The translations under genes and the position numbers were made by a program. A stretch of 64,000 bases of DNA from a virus, in the IMG/VR virus record IMGVR_UViG_3300027861_000010. The stretch is one strand, 5' to 3'. Below, piece by piece: positions 19,450-29,170 of the stretch. Under the pieces are notes generated by a model, which saw only the letters and a program-made list of their open reading frames with translations, ran no database searches and was not told where the DNA came from. The first letter of the stretch is position 1, and each line of letters opens with the position of its first letter.

Positions 19450-19519
19450 GGCGGTAGAGCATGGGCCTCACTCAGGCTTTCAATCCACGAGCTGGCGGGT
19501 TCGATTCCCGTTGCCGCTT
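19450..19519 (+). tRNA. tRNA-like element / degenerate tRNA (possible Glu-TTC loop)
   Basis: Acceptor GGCGGTA/TGCCGCT; canonical T-arm GCGGG-TTCGATT-CCCGT; CTTTCAA loop, but anticodon and D stems pair poorly; no CCA. Confidence 0.45.
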
Positions 19520-19542
19520 CTCAACACAATAGGAGTAACGAC

Positions 19543-20343
19543 ATGAAGGGAGTCATCCTGGCTGGAGGTCTTGGAACTCGCCTGGCCCCGCTGACGCAGA
19601 TCACCAACAAGCACTTGCTGCCTGTGTGGGATATGCCGATGGTCCACTATCCGCTGGACAACCTCGTAAAATCCGGAATTGAAGAAATCATGATCGTGAC
19701 GGGCGGTCAGCATGCCGGTCACTTCCTCAATGTCCTCAAGAACGGCAAAGGCTACGGACTGAAGAAGCTCGAATACGCCTACCAGGAAGGTGAAGGCGGT
19801 ATTGCCGACGCCCTCAAGCTTGCTCGGAACTTCGTGGGCGATGACAAGTTCTGTGTGATGCTTGGCGATAACATCTATCAGTACAACGCCAAACCATGGG
19901 TCGAAGAGTTCCAATTTGCCTCGAAGACCGTCGGGGCTCTTGTGCTCTCTCAGTCACCGACAGGGTTGGATCCGTCACGCTTCGGCGTGGGCGTCTACCC
20001 TGAGGCCGAGTTAGGTTTGTCTCTGATCGAGCCAGAGGTGATCGTGGAGAAACCAGTCGGCAAACAACTGGAAGCTTGGGCCAAGGGTGGGAAGATCTGC
20101 AACATTCTCACAGGAACGTATTTCTACACGCCGGATGTATTCGACGTGTGTAATAGACTCAAGCCTTCTCAACGAGGTGAGCTTGAGATTTCTGACGTTA
20201 ATCAGCATTACCTGGAGCAAGGACAACTGCAGGTCGCCAGCATTAAAGGTTGGTGGACTGACGCCGGGACATTCCCTAGCCTGCTGCAAGCAAGTAACTG
20301 GGTCAAACAAGATGGAGCGAACAATGACCAGACAGGAAGTTGA
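19543..20343 (+). CDS. rmlA: Glucose-1-phosphate thymidylyltransferase
   Basis: MKGVILAGGLGTRLAPLT...NKHLLPV, GGIADAL, LGDNI, EKP, RGELEISDVN, WWTDAGT. Confidence 0.92.
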   Translation: MKGVILAGGLGTRLAPLTQITNKHLLPVWDMPMVHYPLDNLVKSGIEEIMIVTGGQHAGHFLNVLKNGKGYGLKKLEYAYQEGEGGIADALKLARNFVGDDKFCVMLGDNIYQYNAKPWVEEFQFASKTVGALVLSQSPTGLDPSRFGVGVYPEAELGLSLIEPEVIVEKPVGKQLEAWAKGGKICNILTGTYFYTPDVFDVCNRLKPSQRGELEISDVNQHYLEQGQLQVASIKGWWTDAGTFPSLLQASNWVKQDGANNDQTGS

Positions 20344-20908
20344 CCAGTTCGATACAAAGCCTGGCCCAGTGCCTCAGACGTACATCGAGAAGCTCTACAC
20401 CGATGATCGCGGTCATTTCGCTGAGGTGATCAACCGCGAACGTACTTCTGTTCCTGAGCGGATTGCTCAGATCAATCACAGTCGCTCCAAGCAAAATGTC
20501 TTGAGAGGTATGCACTGGCAAGTCCCGCCCTTTGCCGTAGGCAAGTACGTGACCTGTCTTCGAGGTGCGATTGATGATGTTGTCGTGGACATTCGACGAA
20601 GTAGCACCACTTTCGGTCACAACAAGTCGTATTACTTACTTGGGTGCGATTCCATCCGTACCCGCTATTCTCTCTGGGTTCCACCCGGCTTTGCTCACGG
20701 TTTCTTCGTTATGAGTGAGGAAGCGGAAGTTGTGTACCTGCAGGACGGTCTGTATCGTCCGGAGGCCGAGAGAAGTTTTCGCTATGATGATCCTGACGTA
20801 GGCATCAGCTGGGCCTTCGCAAAAGTCGAACGTCCTTTCATTTTATCTGAGAAGGATGCTCAAGCTCCGTATTTGAAAGATTTGTGCGATGACGACCTCT
20901 TTGCGTGA
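20324..20908 (+). CDS. rmlC: dTDP-4-dehydrorhamnose 3,5-epimerase
   Basis: DDRGHF, QINHSRS..NVLRGMH, KYVTCLRGAIDDVVVDIR, LWVPPGFAHGF, DDPDVGISW, LSEKD. Confidence 0.92.
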   Translation: MTRQEVDQFDTKPGPVPQTYIEKLYTDDRGHFAEVINRERTSVPERIAQINHSRSKQNVLRGMHWQVPPFAVGKYVTCLRGAIDDVVVDIRRSSTTFGHNKSYYLLGCDSIRTRYSLWVPPGFAHGFFVMSEEAEVVYLQDGLYRPEAERSFRYDDPDVGISWAFAKVERPFILSEKDAQAPYLKDLCDDDLFA

Positions 20909-21455
20909 CAAGTTGAAGTGGCTGGTGTTTGGTCAGCCTTGCTTCTTTCCATACAGCAGCCAAGATGTGTTAGACCGCTCTGGTCGGTTCTACATCGGGG
21001 TGTCTTGGACGGAGTATCGCCGTCGTCGTGCTCTGCCTTTGCAGCTTCTGCTAGGGTCGCAACGTAAGGCAGGCTTGCTTGAAGTCGCTATGCATTTCAA
21101 TCCAGGTGTACCCGCTGAGTTGTTCGAGGCCTTCCTGGAGATGGGGGCCATGGATGAGGGCACGGTGATGACATTCATCCCTGCCACTTCCGAGGAAGGG
21201 TTCGAGAGTTTCGAGGATGTCCTGGAGCAACTGGAAGACGGGATACAGAACAATAAAGTGAAGTGGTCTTGCAGTACTGTGCTCCGCAGTGCCGAGGATT
21301 TGATGGAGCTGCACAATTGGATTGATAGCATTTGCGAGCTCACCAAAGACAAGCCTGAAGTAGGTGGAACCCCCAACGAGCAGGAAACTCAAATGACTCG
21401 TCGTATTTTGTCGGATCTAACGGAGAGGTACAGCACATGCCAATTGAACAGCTGA
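20889..21455 (+). CDS. Hypothetical protein
   Basis: Co-oriented overlapping ORF, no motif recognised. Confidence 0.55.
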   Translation: MTTSLRDKLKWLVFGQPCFFPYSSQDVLDRSGRFYIGVSWTEYRRRRALPLQLLLGSQRKAGLLEVAMHFNPGVPAELFEAFLEMGAMDEGTVMTFIPATSEEGFESFEDVLEQLEDGIQNNKVKWSCSTVLRSAEDLMELHNWIDSICELTKDKPEVGGTPNEQETQMTRRILSDLTERYSTCQLNS

Positions 21456-22108
21456 TTGTGGGCTGGAGCCGCGGTGGGCTGGGTTATGTGCATCAGTTAC
21501 TTGAGAAGGCCGATTTCGACGTTGGACGCACCTTCGGCCCTGATATAACTCGTGAAGAGTTCTTAGAGAAACTACCTCAAGCCCATCAGTTTGAGATATC
21601 GCCTTACGTTATCCCGTATCTCGACGATCCGGCCCTGGATCATGTCAGGGTTGCTTTTGTCTTACGTGATCCGATGCGGGTGCTGAACAGTCTGTACTTT
21701 CACGGACTGTTCCACAACGAGAAAGACTCAGCGGTTCAACGAGCTGCGTTTACTCATTTAACAGGGTTCAAACAAAAGTATCGGGGGCGACCGGCTCAAG
21801 CAGCCGCTTCTTACTTGAACCACTGGTATCGGCAAACCAGGAAGCTGCGACCAGGTTCTCAGCAAGTACGGATAGAGGATGGTCCGAGGAACTTGTTGCA
21901 TAAGCTGACAGGTTATCGAGTGGAGCCGCCCTTTGTCACTCCTGACGTGAATTCTTCGTACTGTAAGCAAAGCATCGTACCCTCCGCGTTGCCAAATCAC
22001 TCGAAGTGGGGGATGAACGATCTGCTGAGGCACTTAGGCTACAGAGAATGGGTATGGGCTCCTCGAGGAGGCCATGCTCACTACGTAAACCCAGATTGGC
22101 ACTGTTAA
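21437..22108 (+). CDS. Divergent sulfotransferase-like protein
   Basis: LIVGWSRGGLGYVHQLL (degenerate GxxRSGT), VLRDPMRVLNS. Confidence 0.5.
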   Translation: MPIEQLIVGWSRGGLGYVHQLLEKADFDVGRTFGPDITREEFLEKLPQAHQFEISPYVIPYLDDPALDHVRVAFVLRDPMRVLNSLYFHGLFHNEKDSAVQRAAFTHLTGFKQKYRGRPAQAAASYLNHWYRQTRKLRPGSQQVRIEDGPRNLLHKLTGYRVEPPFVTPDVNSSYCKQSIVPSALPNHSKWGMNDLLRHLGYREWVWAPRGGHAHYVNPDWHC

Positions 22109-23301
22109 TGGAAGAGATCATCGTTAAACGGTTCAAGCCTTATCGCAAGATGAGGTGGTATCGTTCCAACTATCTGTGGACGCCGGATCAGAATTCGTTT
22201 CTGGACAAGTACCGAATTAAGGTCGTGAACGGTCTGACGGATCCGCAGGATGTGTTGGCGATTCCTTGTCCGCATGTGCCTGGACACGAGGCCATGATTC
22301 ATCGGGACGATACACTTTGGATCACCCATGGTCATCGCGGTGAGATGGATTTTCAGGATGCCCCGATGATTTGCGATAGTTCGATCGACTACGCCTACCT
22401 GGACCCGCCAATGCGGCACCTGCTTGGTCATCCTCAGGTGCGTTCTTACATGACGGGCGTCGGTTTTCGCGATAACACCGTTCAACAGCGACGTTGCTGG
22501 GGCGGTGAATACTACGGCATGGTTTACAAAGAGCGGGAGCTTCATAACCGCGGGCCAGATATTCGAGAGGACCGTGACCCTTTGTCCTTGGAGCTCCAGA
22601 AGAAACTGGCACCGATCGACCGTCCGCCGACACCGCCATTCACTGATGCTGTTTTTGAGCACATCAAGCAACATGTCGGGCCGCTGAAAGATCGTCCGAT
22701 TGATCTATTATTCAGCGGACGTACGACCTATTGGCCCCGCAGGTTGCGGAGTCATCCGACAGCTCATCGAAAACATCTGGAGGATATCTGGGATGGTCTG
22801 CCGGGCAATAACAAAGTTCTCAGGGTTTACGACGATTTCAGTGGGACTAAGAAGGGAGGCAGGCCGGTCAAGGTCTTCCAATATCCGTACGAGTACGTCG
22901 ATGCCTTAATGAAAACCAAAGTGGTGATCAGTCCTTGGGGTTGGTCGCCTTGGTGTGTTCGCGATCTTGAGGCTTTGGCTTGCGGCTGCATCGTAATCAA
23001 GCCGGAGTGCAGTAACATGCTGATTTACCCTGACATCTATGACGCGAAAAAGCAGTTCATGGTTTGGGGTGATATCATGTATGAGCATTTGCCGGATCAG
23101 CTCAACTACTGTTACAACAATCTGGAAGAGATGCAGCACCGTGTTGATCGAGGACATAAGTTCGTCTTTGACGCTCTTTACCCGAACGCCAAGATCCATG
23201 AACGCTGGACCCATGGCTTAAGGCAGATCCTTGAGCAAGCCCTGGAAAAGCCAGCGTACACTTTAGCCCGTAATTTCCCTAACGACCACGAAGGTAGATA
23301 A
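22108..23301 (+). CDS. GT-B-like glycosyltransferase (Glyco_trans_1-type C-terminus)
   Basis: DLLFSG, YVDALMKTKVVISPWG, RDLEALACGCIVIKP. Confidence 0.7.
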   Translation: MEEIIVKRFKPYRKMRWYRSNYLWTPDQNSFLDKYRIKVVNGLTDPQDVLAIPCPHVPGHEAMIHRDDTLWITHGHRGEMDFQDAPMICDSSIDYAYLDPPMRHLLGHPQVRSYMTGVGFRDNTVQQRRCWGGEYYGMVYKERELHNRGPDIREDRDPLSLELQKKLAPIDRPPTPPFTDAVFEHIKQHVGPLKDRPIDLLFSGRTTYWPRRLRSHPTAHRKHLEDIWDGLPGNNKVLRVYDDFSGTKKGGRPVKVFQYPYEYVDALMKTKVVISPWGWSPWCVRDLEALACGCIVIKPECSNMLIYPDIYDAKKQFMVWGDIMYEHLPDQLNYCYNNLEEMQHRVDRGHKFVFDALYPNAKIHERWTHGLRQILEQALEKPAYTLARNFPNDHEGR

Positions 23302-24416
23302 TGATTCCTCCACATAGCCAATGGTGTCACCAGATTTGCGTGACCTCAGCTTGCTGGCCTAAACCGGCATGCAGTAACTGTACTCGACTGCTCGGTCATG
23401 AAACCAAGCGGTATTTCATGTCGCCGGAGCAGTTCGAGGAAGTGTTGAAGGTTGCTGTGCCTTTCATCAAGTACAGTCCGGCTGATATCGGCATGAAGGT
23501 CAATCGTAACAATCCAAGGGCTAGTCAACGTAAAAAGGTGTTGGGAATCTTCGGCGGCGAACCGTTGATGCATCCACAGTTTCCTGAACTTGTTGACCTG
23601 ATGGTTAAGTACGTCCCATTGGGTAATCGTGGTTTGTGGACAAGCCTGGACTGGATCAACGGTGAGAGTAAGAAGTGGGGCAAGTACAAGGATCAGGTGG
23701 AGCGATTGCTTGGTCCGACACCGACAGGCGACGTTGTGTCACTGGAAACGGGTTACCTGAACTGGAACATGCACGAGGAAGAGCAGGCTTGTGAGCATTC
23801 GCCGGTTTTGGCTGCTGCTAACGATCTGATTCCTGACGAACAGCGGCGGTGGGACACTATTGCTAAGTGTTGGGTGCAGACTGAGTGGTCTGCGGCTTAC
23901 GCTTTGGACTTCAATGAAGACGTTAAGTTCTATTTTTGCGAGGTAGCTTCGGCGTTCGATCGTGTCTTCAACCTGGGAACAGGGATGCCGCTCGAAGACG
24001 GTGTTTGGTCTCACCATTTGTGGTTTGAGCGAGACGATAAAGGTATCATGCGTCCGCATGGTCCTTACGCTAAGCAGATCCTTTCTACTTGCGGACGTTG
24101 TGGTTCTTCGTTGAAGCTGCCAGGGCGGCGTGACCGCGAGTTCACTGATGACATCAGTGTGTCGAACTTGGTACCTTTAACTGTGCTTGGGAGTCCAATG
24201 GTGCGTAAGGGTCAGTTCAACGAAATTAAATCTGCCGATTACAAGCAGGTCGAAGATATTACCAAGTCGGAAACGCCTTGGGAGTATCAGAAGGACAAGC
24301 GTGTTACGCAAATCAACAACTTCAAGCAAGCCGTCGGTCATGCGGATTGGCTCAGGCCTTTTGAAGAGAACAGAGCCGAAACAAAGAGGATCCCAAATGA
24401 AGAAGAATCAGGTTGA
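23301..24416 (+). CDS. Radical SAM protein with CX5CX2C motif
   Basis: VTSACWPKPACSNC, IFGGEPLMHPQF, extra Cys (FCE, CGRC) suggesting an auxiliary cluster. Confidence 0.75.
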   Translation: MIPPHSQWCHQICVTSACWPKPACSNCTRLLGHETKRYFMSPEQFEEVLKVAVPFIKYSPADIGMKVNRNNPRASQRKKVLGIFGGEPLMHPQFPELVDLMVKYVPLGNRGLWTSLDWINGESKKWGKYKDQVERLLGPTPTGDVVSLETGYLNWNMHEEEQACEHSPVLAAANDLIPDEQRRWDTIAKCWVQTEWSAAYALDFNEDVKFYFCEVASAFDRVFNLGTGMPLEDGVWSHHLWFERDDKGIMRPHGPYAKQILSTCGRCGSSLKLPGRRDREFTDDISVSNLVPLTVLGSPMVRKGQFNEIKSADYKQVEDITKSETPWEYQKDKRVTQINNFKQAVGHADWLRPFEENRAETKRIPNEEESG

Positions 24417-25125
24417 ACTGTTTGATGAAATCAAACGCCATAACGTTCAGTACCCTAAGGCACGATTCCCGCACGGCGTATCCCTGTGTCATTGGTTTCA
24501 GCAGAAGCTGCACAAGCCGTTTACACGCTTGATCTCCAATTTGCCGGACAACTCGATCTATCTTGAGTTGGGTAGCTTTTTAGGGGCGGGCAGTACAACG
24601 TTGGCAATGAAAGCCAACCCGACGGTGCGGGCGTATTGCGTTGATCATTTCCAAATCAAGTGTGAAATGGCACGTAAGTACGCCCATCCAAGTCACGTAA
24701 TGCGGCAACCAGGGAAGCGAACCTCGATGCCGGTGGCTTACATGCGAGGCGAGGGCGGGCCGCTCGAACACTTCCTCAACAATACGTTCGAGTGGCAGGA
24801 TCGTATCGTTCCCATGCAGCGACTGATTGATGTGCATTTTTTACGTCAGATGTTCAAGCAGGGCGTTGAACCAACCGTGATCTTGATTGATGATGACCAT
24901 GATCATCTGCCCGTGTTGGAACGGTTGCGATTCATCAGCAAGTACTGGCCGGACGCCCGAGTACTGTTGGATGATTTCATACCAGCGTGGGATGGAGTCA
25001 GAACTGGAGTTAGAGCGGCCTTCGCCGAGGGGCTGTATTCTGAGGAGAAGTCCAGGTTGTTAGTTGGTCGGCTCATGCTACTTGAAAGGAGTATAAGGTA
25101 TGACACTTCCGAAACAACAACTTAG
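24397..25125 (+). CDS. Class I SAM methyltransferase (Methyltransf_24-like)
   Basis: YLELGSFLGAGS, CVDHF, ILIDDDH, LLDDF. Confidence 0.75.
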   Translation: MKKNQVELFDEIKRHNVQYPKARFPHGVSLCHWFQQKLHKPFTRLISNLPDNSIYLELGSFLGAGSTTLAMKANPTVRAYCVDHFQIKCEMARKYAHPSHVMRQPGKRTSMPVAYMRGEGGPLEHFLNNTFEWQDRIVPMQRLIDVHFLRQMFKQGVEPTVILIDDDHDHLPVLERLRFISKYWPDARVLLDDFIPAWDGVRTGVRAAFAEGLYSEEKSRLLVGRLMLLERSIRYDTSETTT

Positions 25126-25747
25126 CGAACTTCAGAAGATTGCTACGCCGTGGCCTGCAAGCAAGCCGAAGATCCAACCGTCCGCATCTAAGTGGTTCAA
25201 CCGGGACCACGAGGTGATCTTTCGACGACTTTGCAGGAAGAAGCCCAATGGGTTGTACTTGGAGTTAGGCACATGGACCGGCATGGGAAGCACCAAGTAC
25301 ATCGCTGACCGCTATCCCGCCATGACGATGATCTGCGTCGACACGTTCGAGGGCAGCGAAGAGCATCGACGAATCGAGGCGTACAACAAGGTGCGGGTTA
25401 AGTTGTGGGACCATTTCTGTGCGAATCACTGGAAGAACCGCAAACGACTCTACCCCATCCGTTCTACGACAATCGAAGGCATGGAGCAGATAGCCAAAGC
25501 TGGGCTGAGCCCGCATTTGATCTATGTGGATGCTGCTCACGATGAAGACTCGGTTTACAACGATATTCGTACGGCTCTCAAGTGTTTCCCTCGATCTATC
25601 ATCATGGGTGACGATTATTCAAAGGCCGCAACAGGTCATCCTGGGGTCCGCCTCGGCATTGAGCGAGCAATTGACAAGAAGTTGTTTGCCGCGAAGGAAT
25701 TCAAAAATCATCGCCGTGTGTGGTACTTGACCAGGAATACTCAATGA
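25100..25747 (+). CDS. Class I SAM methyltransferase (paralog)
   Basis: YLELGTWTGMGS, CVDTFEGS, IYVDAAHD, GDDY. Confidence 0.85.
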   Translation: MTLPKQQLSELQKIATPWPASKPKIQPSASKWFNRDHEVIFRRLCRKKPNGLYLELGTWTGMGSTKYIADRYPAMTMICVDTFEGSEEHRRIEAYNKVRVKLWDHFCANHWKNRKRLYPIRSTTIEGMEQIAKAGLSPHLIYVDAAHDEDSVYNDIRTALKCFPRSIIMGDDYSKAATGHPGVRLGIERAIDKKLFAAKEFKNHRRVWYLTRNTQ

Positions 25748-26427
25748 TTGAGAAGCTTAAACTGAACAGCGTGTTGAAGCTCATTGCTGATCCGGCTCAG
25801 CCATTCACTTTCAGTCGGTGGGGCGACGGAGAATGGAAGTCTGTGCTCGGTAGGCATAAAAAGGGTGCGAACAACTGCGACGGGCACAAGTTCTTCCCGG
25901 CCATGGGCACTGAGCTGGCAAATGTGCTCAAAAGCAAACCAGACTATTGGCTGGGTATGCAGCACTTCTCTATGCGAGCCTTCGGTCCTGCGATCTCTAC
26001 GTTTCTGTCAACTCATGATCTTGACCATCTGAGATGGCGAGAGTCGGACGTATTTCACTACGGAGCAATCAAAGGGCACTTGCGAGACATTGTTGATGTG
26101 GTCAAAGCCCGTAAGCTGTTGCTTGTTGGTCCGCCGCACTTAAAAGTGATTAAGAACTCAGGATTACCGTATTGGCAGTTCATCGAAGTACCTCCGCGGA
26201 ACTGTTACCTGAATCTGCAGGAGATGTACCGGCAGATCGTAGCAATCGCCGAAGGTCAGAAAGACCCACTGTTAATCAGTATTTCAGCCAGCATGCCCGC
26301 TGAAATCCTGTGTGATAAACTTTACAAGCGGTTTGGTGACAAGCACACCATCGTCGACTTCGGTTCGTTGTGGGATCCGATGGTAGGTAAACTGAGTCGC
26401 AGCTATATGAGGAACAAAAAGAAATGA
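25744..26427 (+). CDS. GT-D fold (DUF1792-like) glycosyltransferase
   Basis: FSRWGDGE motif, LLLVGP, IVDFGSLWD. Confidence 0.65.
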   Translation: MIEKLKLNSVLKLIADPAQPFTFSRWGDGEWKSVLGRHKKGANNCDGHKFFPAMGTELANVLKSKPDYWLGMQHFSMRAFGPAISTFLSTHDLDHLRWRESDVFHYGAIKGHLRDIVDVVKARKLLLVGPPHLKVIKNSGLPYWQFIEVPPRNCYLNLQEMYRQIVAIAEGQKDPLLISISASMPAEILCDKLYKRFGDKHTIVDFGSLWDPMVGKLSRSYMRNKKK

Positions 26428-27122
26428 CCGAGTACTTCAATCTTCGACAGGACCACGCATATCTGCCGCCAGACCCGAAGCAGCTCCCTTTGCCCGCGTT
26501 GTACCAAAAGATGCGAGACAAGTCGCATCATTGGTCGACATGCTACCCTGCCTGGAATCTGCAGTACTATTCTTGCCTGGCCTCACTGAAACGAGATAGG
26601 GCGAACATACTGGTCGAGACGGGTACCAACCATGGGTGCAGTGCGGCCTTGTTGGCTCAAACATTGCGGGAGACCAAACTCAAAGGGCACCTTTTCACTT
26701 TCGAGTTGGACCCGAAGCGAGCAGCGACAGCTCAAAGGTTGTTTCAGCAACTCAAGCTCACACATCTGATCACCGTTGTCGTTGGAGATTCGCGTAAGCT
26801 TGTACCTGAAACGATTGGAGACCGTCCTGTAGATTTTGCCTTCATTGATGCTGACCACCGAAAGGAAGCCTGCATCGCTGAGACGGAGATGTTGATTGAC
26901 AATGTCATCAAAGGCCAAGGCAAGTTTTACTTCGACAACACGGGTTGTGGTCCGGTCGACGAAGCCCTTTGTGCTTTGAAAGCAAAGTACGGTACGTCAG
27001 GTTGGGTTGATTTTCCAAACGTTTCTCGTCAGCCTCCAGGTCAGGCGATTTGGCAGCCCTGGCAGCGAACAGAGCCCATACCTTGGTACGATTCCAACAA
27101 GGAGGCAAAACCAAGTGACTGA
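26424..27122 (+). CDS. Class I SAM O-methyltransferase-like
   Basis: LVETGTNHGCS, FELD, VGDSR, DFAFIDADH. Confidence 0.85.
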   Translation: MTEYFNLRQDHAYLPPDPKQLPLPALYQKMRDKSHHWSTCYPAWNLQYYSCLASLKRDRANILVETGTNHGCSAALLAQTLRETKLKGHLFTFELDPKRAATAQRLFQQLKLTHLITVVVGDSRKLVPETIGDRPVDFAFIDADHRKEACIAETEMLIDNVIKGQGKFYFDNTGCGPVDEALCALKAKYGTSGWVDFPNVSRQPPGQAIWQPWQRTEPIPWYDSNKEAKPSD

Positions 27123-27816
27123 GTTCAAGTTCATGCGGTCGTATCGAGACAGGTTGCCTCCGCGTCCAAGCAGCTTACCGCTGCCCCAGTTGTACACAGC
27201 CCAAAAGTACCGCAGCGATAAACTCTGGTCGCCGTGCTATCCGGCCTGGAATTTAATGTACTACACCTGTTTGACGTCGTTGAAGCCGGATCGACCTAAT
27301 TTGCTCGTCGAGACCGGAGCCGGGCACGGTTGTAGTACAGCTTTGCTCGCTCAGACGTTGAGAGAGACAGGATTGGACGGGCATGTTCACTCCTTCGAGA
27401 TCAATGAAAAGCAGCATACTATCACTCAGTTCGCGGTAGCTAAGATGGGGCTGGCTGATTATGTCACTGTTCACCTGGGCCGTTCGACTGAACGTATTCC
27501 GGAGGTGATCGCAGACCAGCCTGTCGATTTTGCGTTTATCGACAGTCTTCACACTACCGAGAATTGCTTGGCTGAGGTTGATTGTCTGTACTCGAATGTA
27601 CTTGCCGCGGAGGGCAAATTTCTTTTTGACAATGCAGGGTGTGGTCCCGTCGATGTCGCAATCTGTAGACTGAAGGAGAAATACGGTGTTGGCGGGTTTG
27701 CTGATTTTCCGAATGCCGCAGCTGAACCTTCTGGTCAAGTACTGTGGCAGCCCTACCAACGCACGAAACCTCACCCCTACATTGACATGGAAGGAAACAG
27801 ATGCGAGTCCTCTTAA
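27115..27816 (+). CDS. Class I SAM O-methyltransferase-like (tandem paralog)
   Basis: GTG start after GGAGG; LVETGAGHGCS, DFAFIDSLH; colinear with upstream paralog. Confidence 0.85.
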   Translation: MTEFKFMRSYRDRLPPRPSSLPLPQLYTAQKYRSDKLWSPCYPAWNLMYYTCLTSLKPDRPNLLVETGAGHGCSTALLAQTLRETGLDGHVHSFEINEKQHTITQFAVAKMGLADYVTVHLGRSTERIPEVIADQPVDFAFIDSLHTTENCLAEVDCLYSNVLAAEGKFLFDNAGCGPVDVAICRLKEKYGVGGFADFPNAAAEPSGQVLWQPYQRTKPHPYIDMEGNRCESS

Positions 27817-28838
27817 CCGGAGTAGCTGGATTCATTGGTGCCCACACAACACGTTGGATTTTGGAGAATACTGCCTGGGACCTGGTTGGAATTGAAAGCT
27901 GGAGGCCGGAGCATAAGAACAGCTCTGACCGACTACAGGAGGCCCTGAAGGGGCTGAGTGAAGAACAACTCAGTCGGCTAACAGTTCACCGCTGGGATCT
28001 GACCCACGAGTTCACGCCATCCATTTACAATCGGGTTTTCCGTAAAAACGTGGATGTGATTATCAGTATGGCCAGCGACAGTCGGGTGACTCACAGTGTC
28101 AATCATCCCGGGGAAACATGGTTTAACAACTGCCAACTTGCTTACAACATGCTGGAGATGGCACGAAAACATCACCATGCACTTAAGCTGTTTGTGCAAG
28201 TTTCGACCGATGAGGTCTATGGGGATGCAGGTTGGGATAGTCCTGGTCACCCAGAATGGGATACAATACTTCCAAGCAACCCATACTCTGCCAGTAAAGC
28301 GGCCCAGGAAGCCTTGGCCATTTCTTACTGGCGAACTTACAACGTTCCAGTGGTAATCACTAACACCATGAACGTCATCGGGGAGTGGCAGGATCCTGAG
28401 AAGTTCCTTCCGCTTGCTATCAAACGCATTGAGCACGGAGAGCCCATGACGTTGTTTGGCGAACCAGATGGTAAAACCACATCTCGACGTGTCTGGCTTG
28501 ACGCGAAGAACATGGCTGCCGCTATGGTTCACATCTGCGAAAACGTTGTCCCGACCCGGTATCACGAAGCTGAAGCCCGCCCCGACCGGTTCCATGTAAT
28601 CGGTGAAACTGAGTTGAGCGTAGAAGAGCTTGCTCAAGCGGTGGCGAACAAACTTGAAAAGCCTCTCCTCAAGAATATCGTCCAGGGAGATAAGATCCGC
28701 CCTGGTTACGATCGTCGGTACGCACTTGTTGACAACAACTTGAAAGCGACCGGATTCAAACCGCCCTTTACATTTGACGAGACGCTGTCTCGAATAATTG
28801 GATGGGCTCGTGAGAGTCAACATTGGATCTTTGAGTAA
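27801..28838 (+). CDS. rmlB: dTDP-glucose 4,6-dehydratase-like SDR
   Basis: VLLTGVAGFIG, VSTDEVYG, PSNPYSASKAA, QDPEKFLP, RPGYDRRYA. Confidence 0.85.
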   Translation: MRVLLTGVAGFIGAHTTRWILENTAWDLVGIESWRPEHKNSSDRLQEALKGLSEEQLSRLTVHRWDLTHEFTPSIYNRVFRKNVDVIISMASDSRVTHSVNHPGETWFNNCQLAYNMLEMARKHHHALKLFVQVSTDEVYGDAGWDSPGHPEWDTILPSNPYSASKAAQEALAISYWRTYNVPVVITNTMNVIGEWQDPEKFLPLAIKRIEHGEPMTLFGEPDGKTTSRRVWLDAKNMAAAMVHICENVVPTRYHEAEARPDRFHVIGETELSVEELAQAVANKLEKPLLKNIVQGDKIRPGYDRRYALVDNNLKATGFKPPFTFDETLSRIIGWARESQHWIFE

Positions 28839-28860
28839 GTATCACCCCAGGAGTATCGAG

Positions 28861-29118
28861 ATGGCACGAGCCGATCGAAAAACTCGTCGCGAAGAGCGAC
28901 GGCGACGAAGACAGATGCGAGTTGAAGGCCGCAAGCAATTGATGGCCACTGCCGCTGAAGTCTATGAAGAAGGCGACGACTCAGTTGAGTTGATCGAGAA
29001 GATTACCGAACGACTGGAGAGCGACTTCGCTGAAGACCGCCCCTTCCTGGCGTTCCTGCTGGAACTGCTTGAGACCTTTGGTCCCTTGCTTATCAAACTC
29101 CTCATGGGGCTTGCATAG
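28861..29118 (+). CDS. Hypothetical protein with Arg-rich N-terminus and hydrophobic C-terminus
   Basis: AGGAG RBS; RREERRRRRQMR; FLAFLLELLETFGPLLIKLLMGLA. Confidence 0.6.
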   Translation: MARADRKTRREERRRRRQMRVEGRKQLMATAAEVYEEGDDSVELIEKITERLESDFAEDRPFLAFLLELLETFGPLLIKLLMGLA

Positions 29119-29170
29119 ACCAGCATCTTCACATCTGATTTCCCAGTATCACAAGTCAAGGAGGATAGTG

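Noticed and set aside
19476-19486. UCA anticodon (Sec or opal suppressor) reading of the tRNA-like element
   Set aside because: The TTTCAAT loop has no supporting stem and there is no long variable arm; no evidence of TGA read-through beyond the single thyX junction
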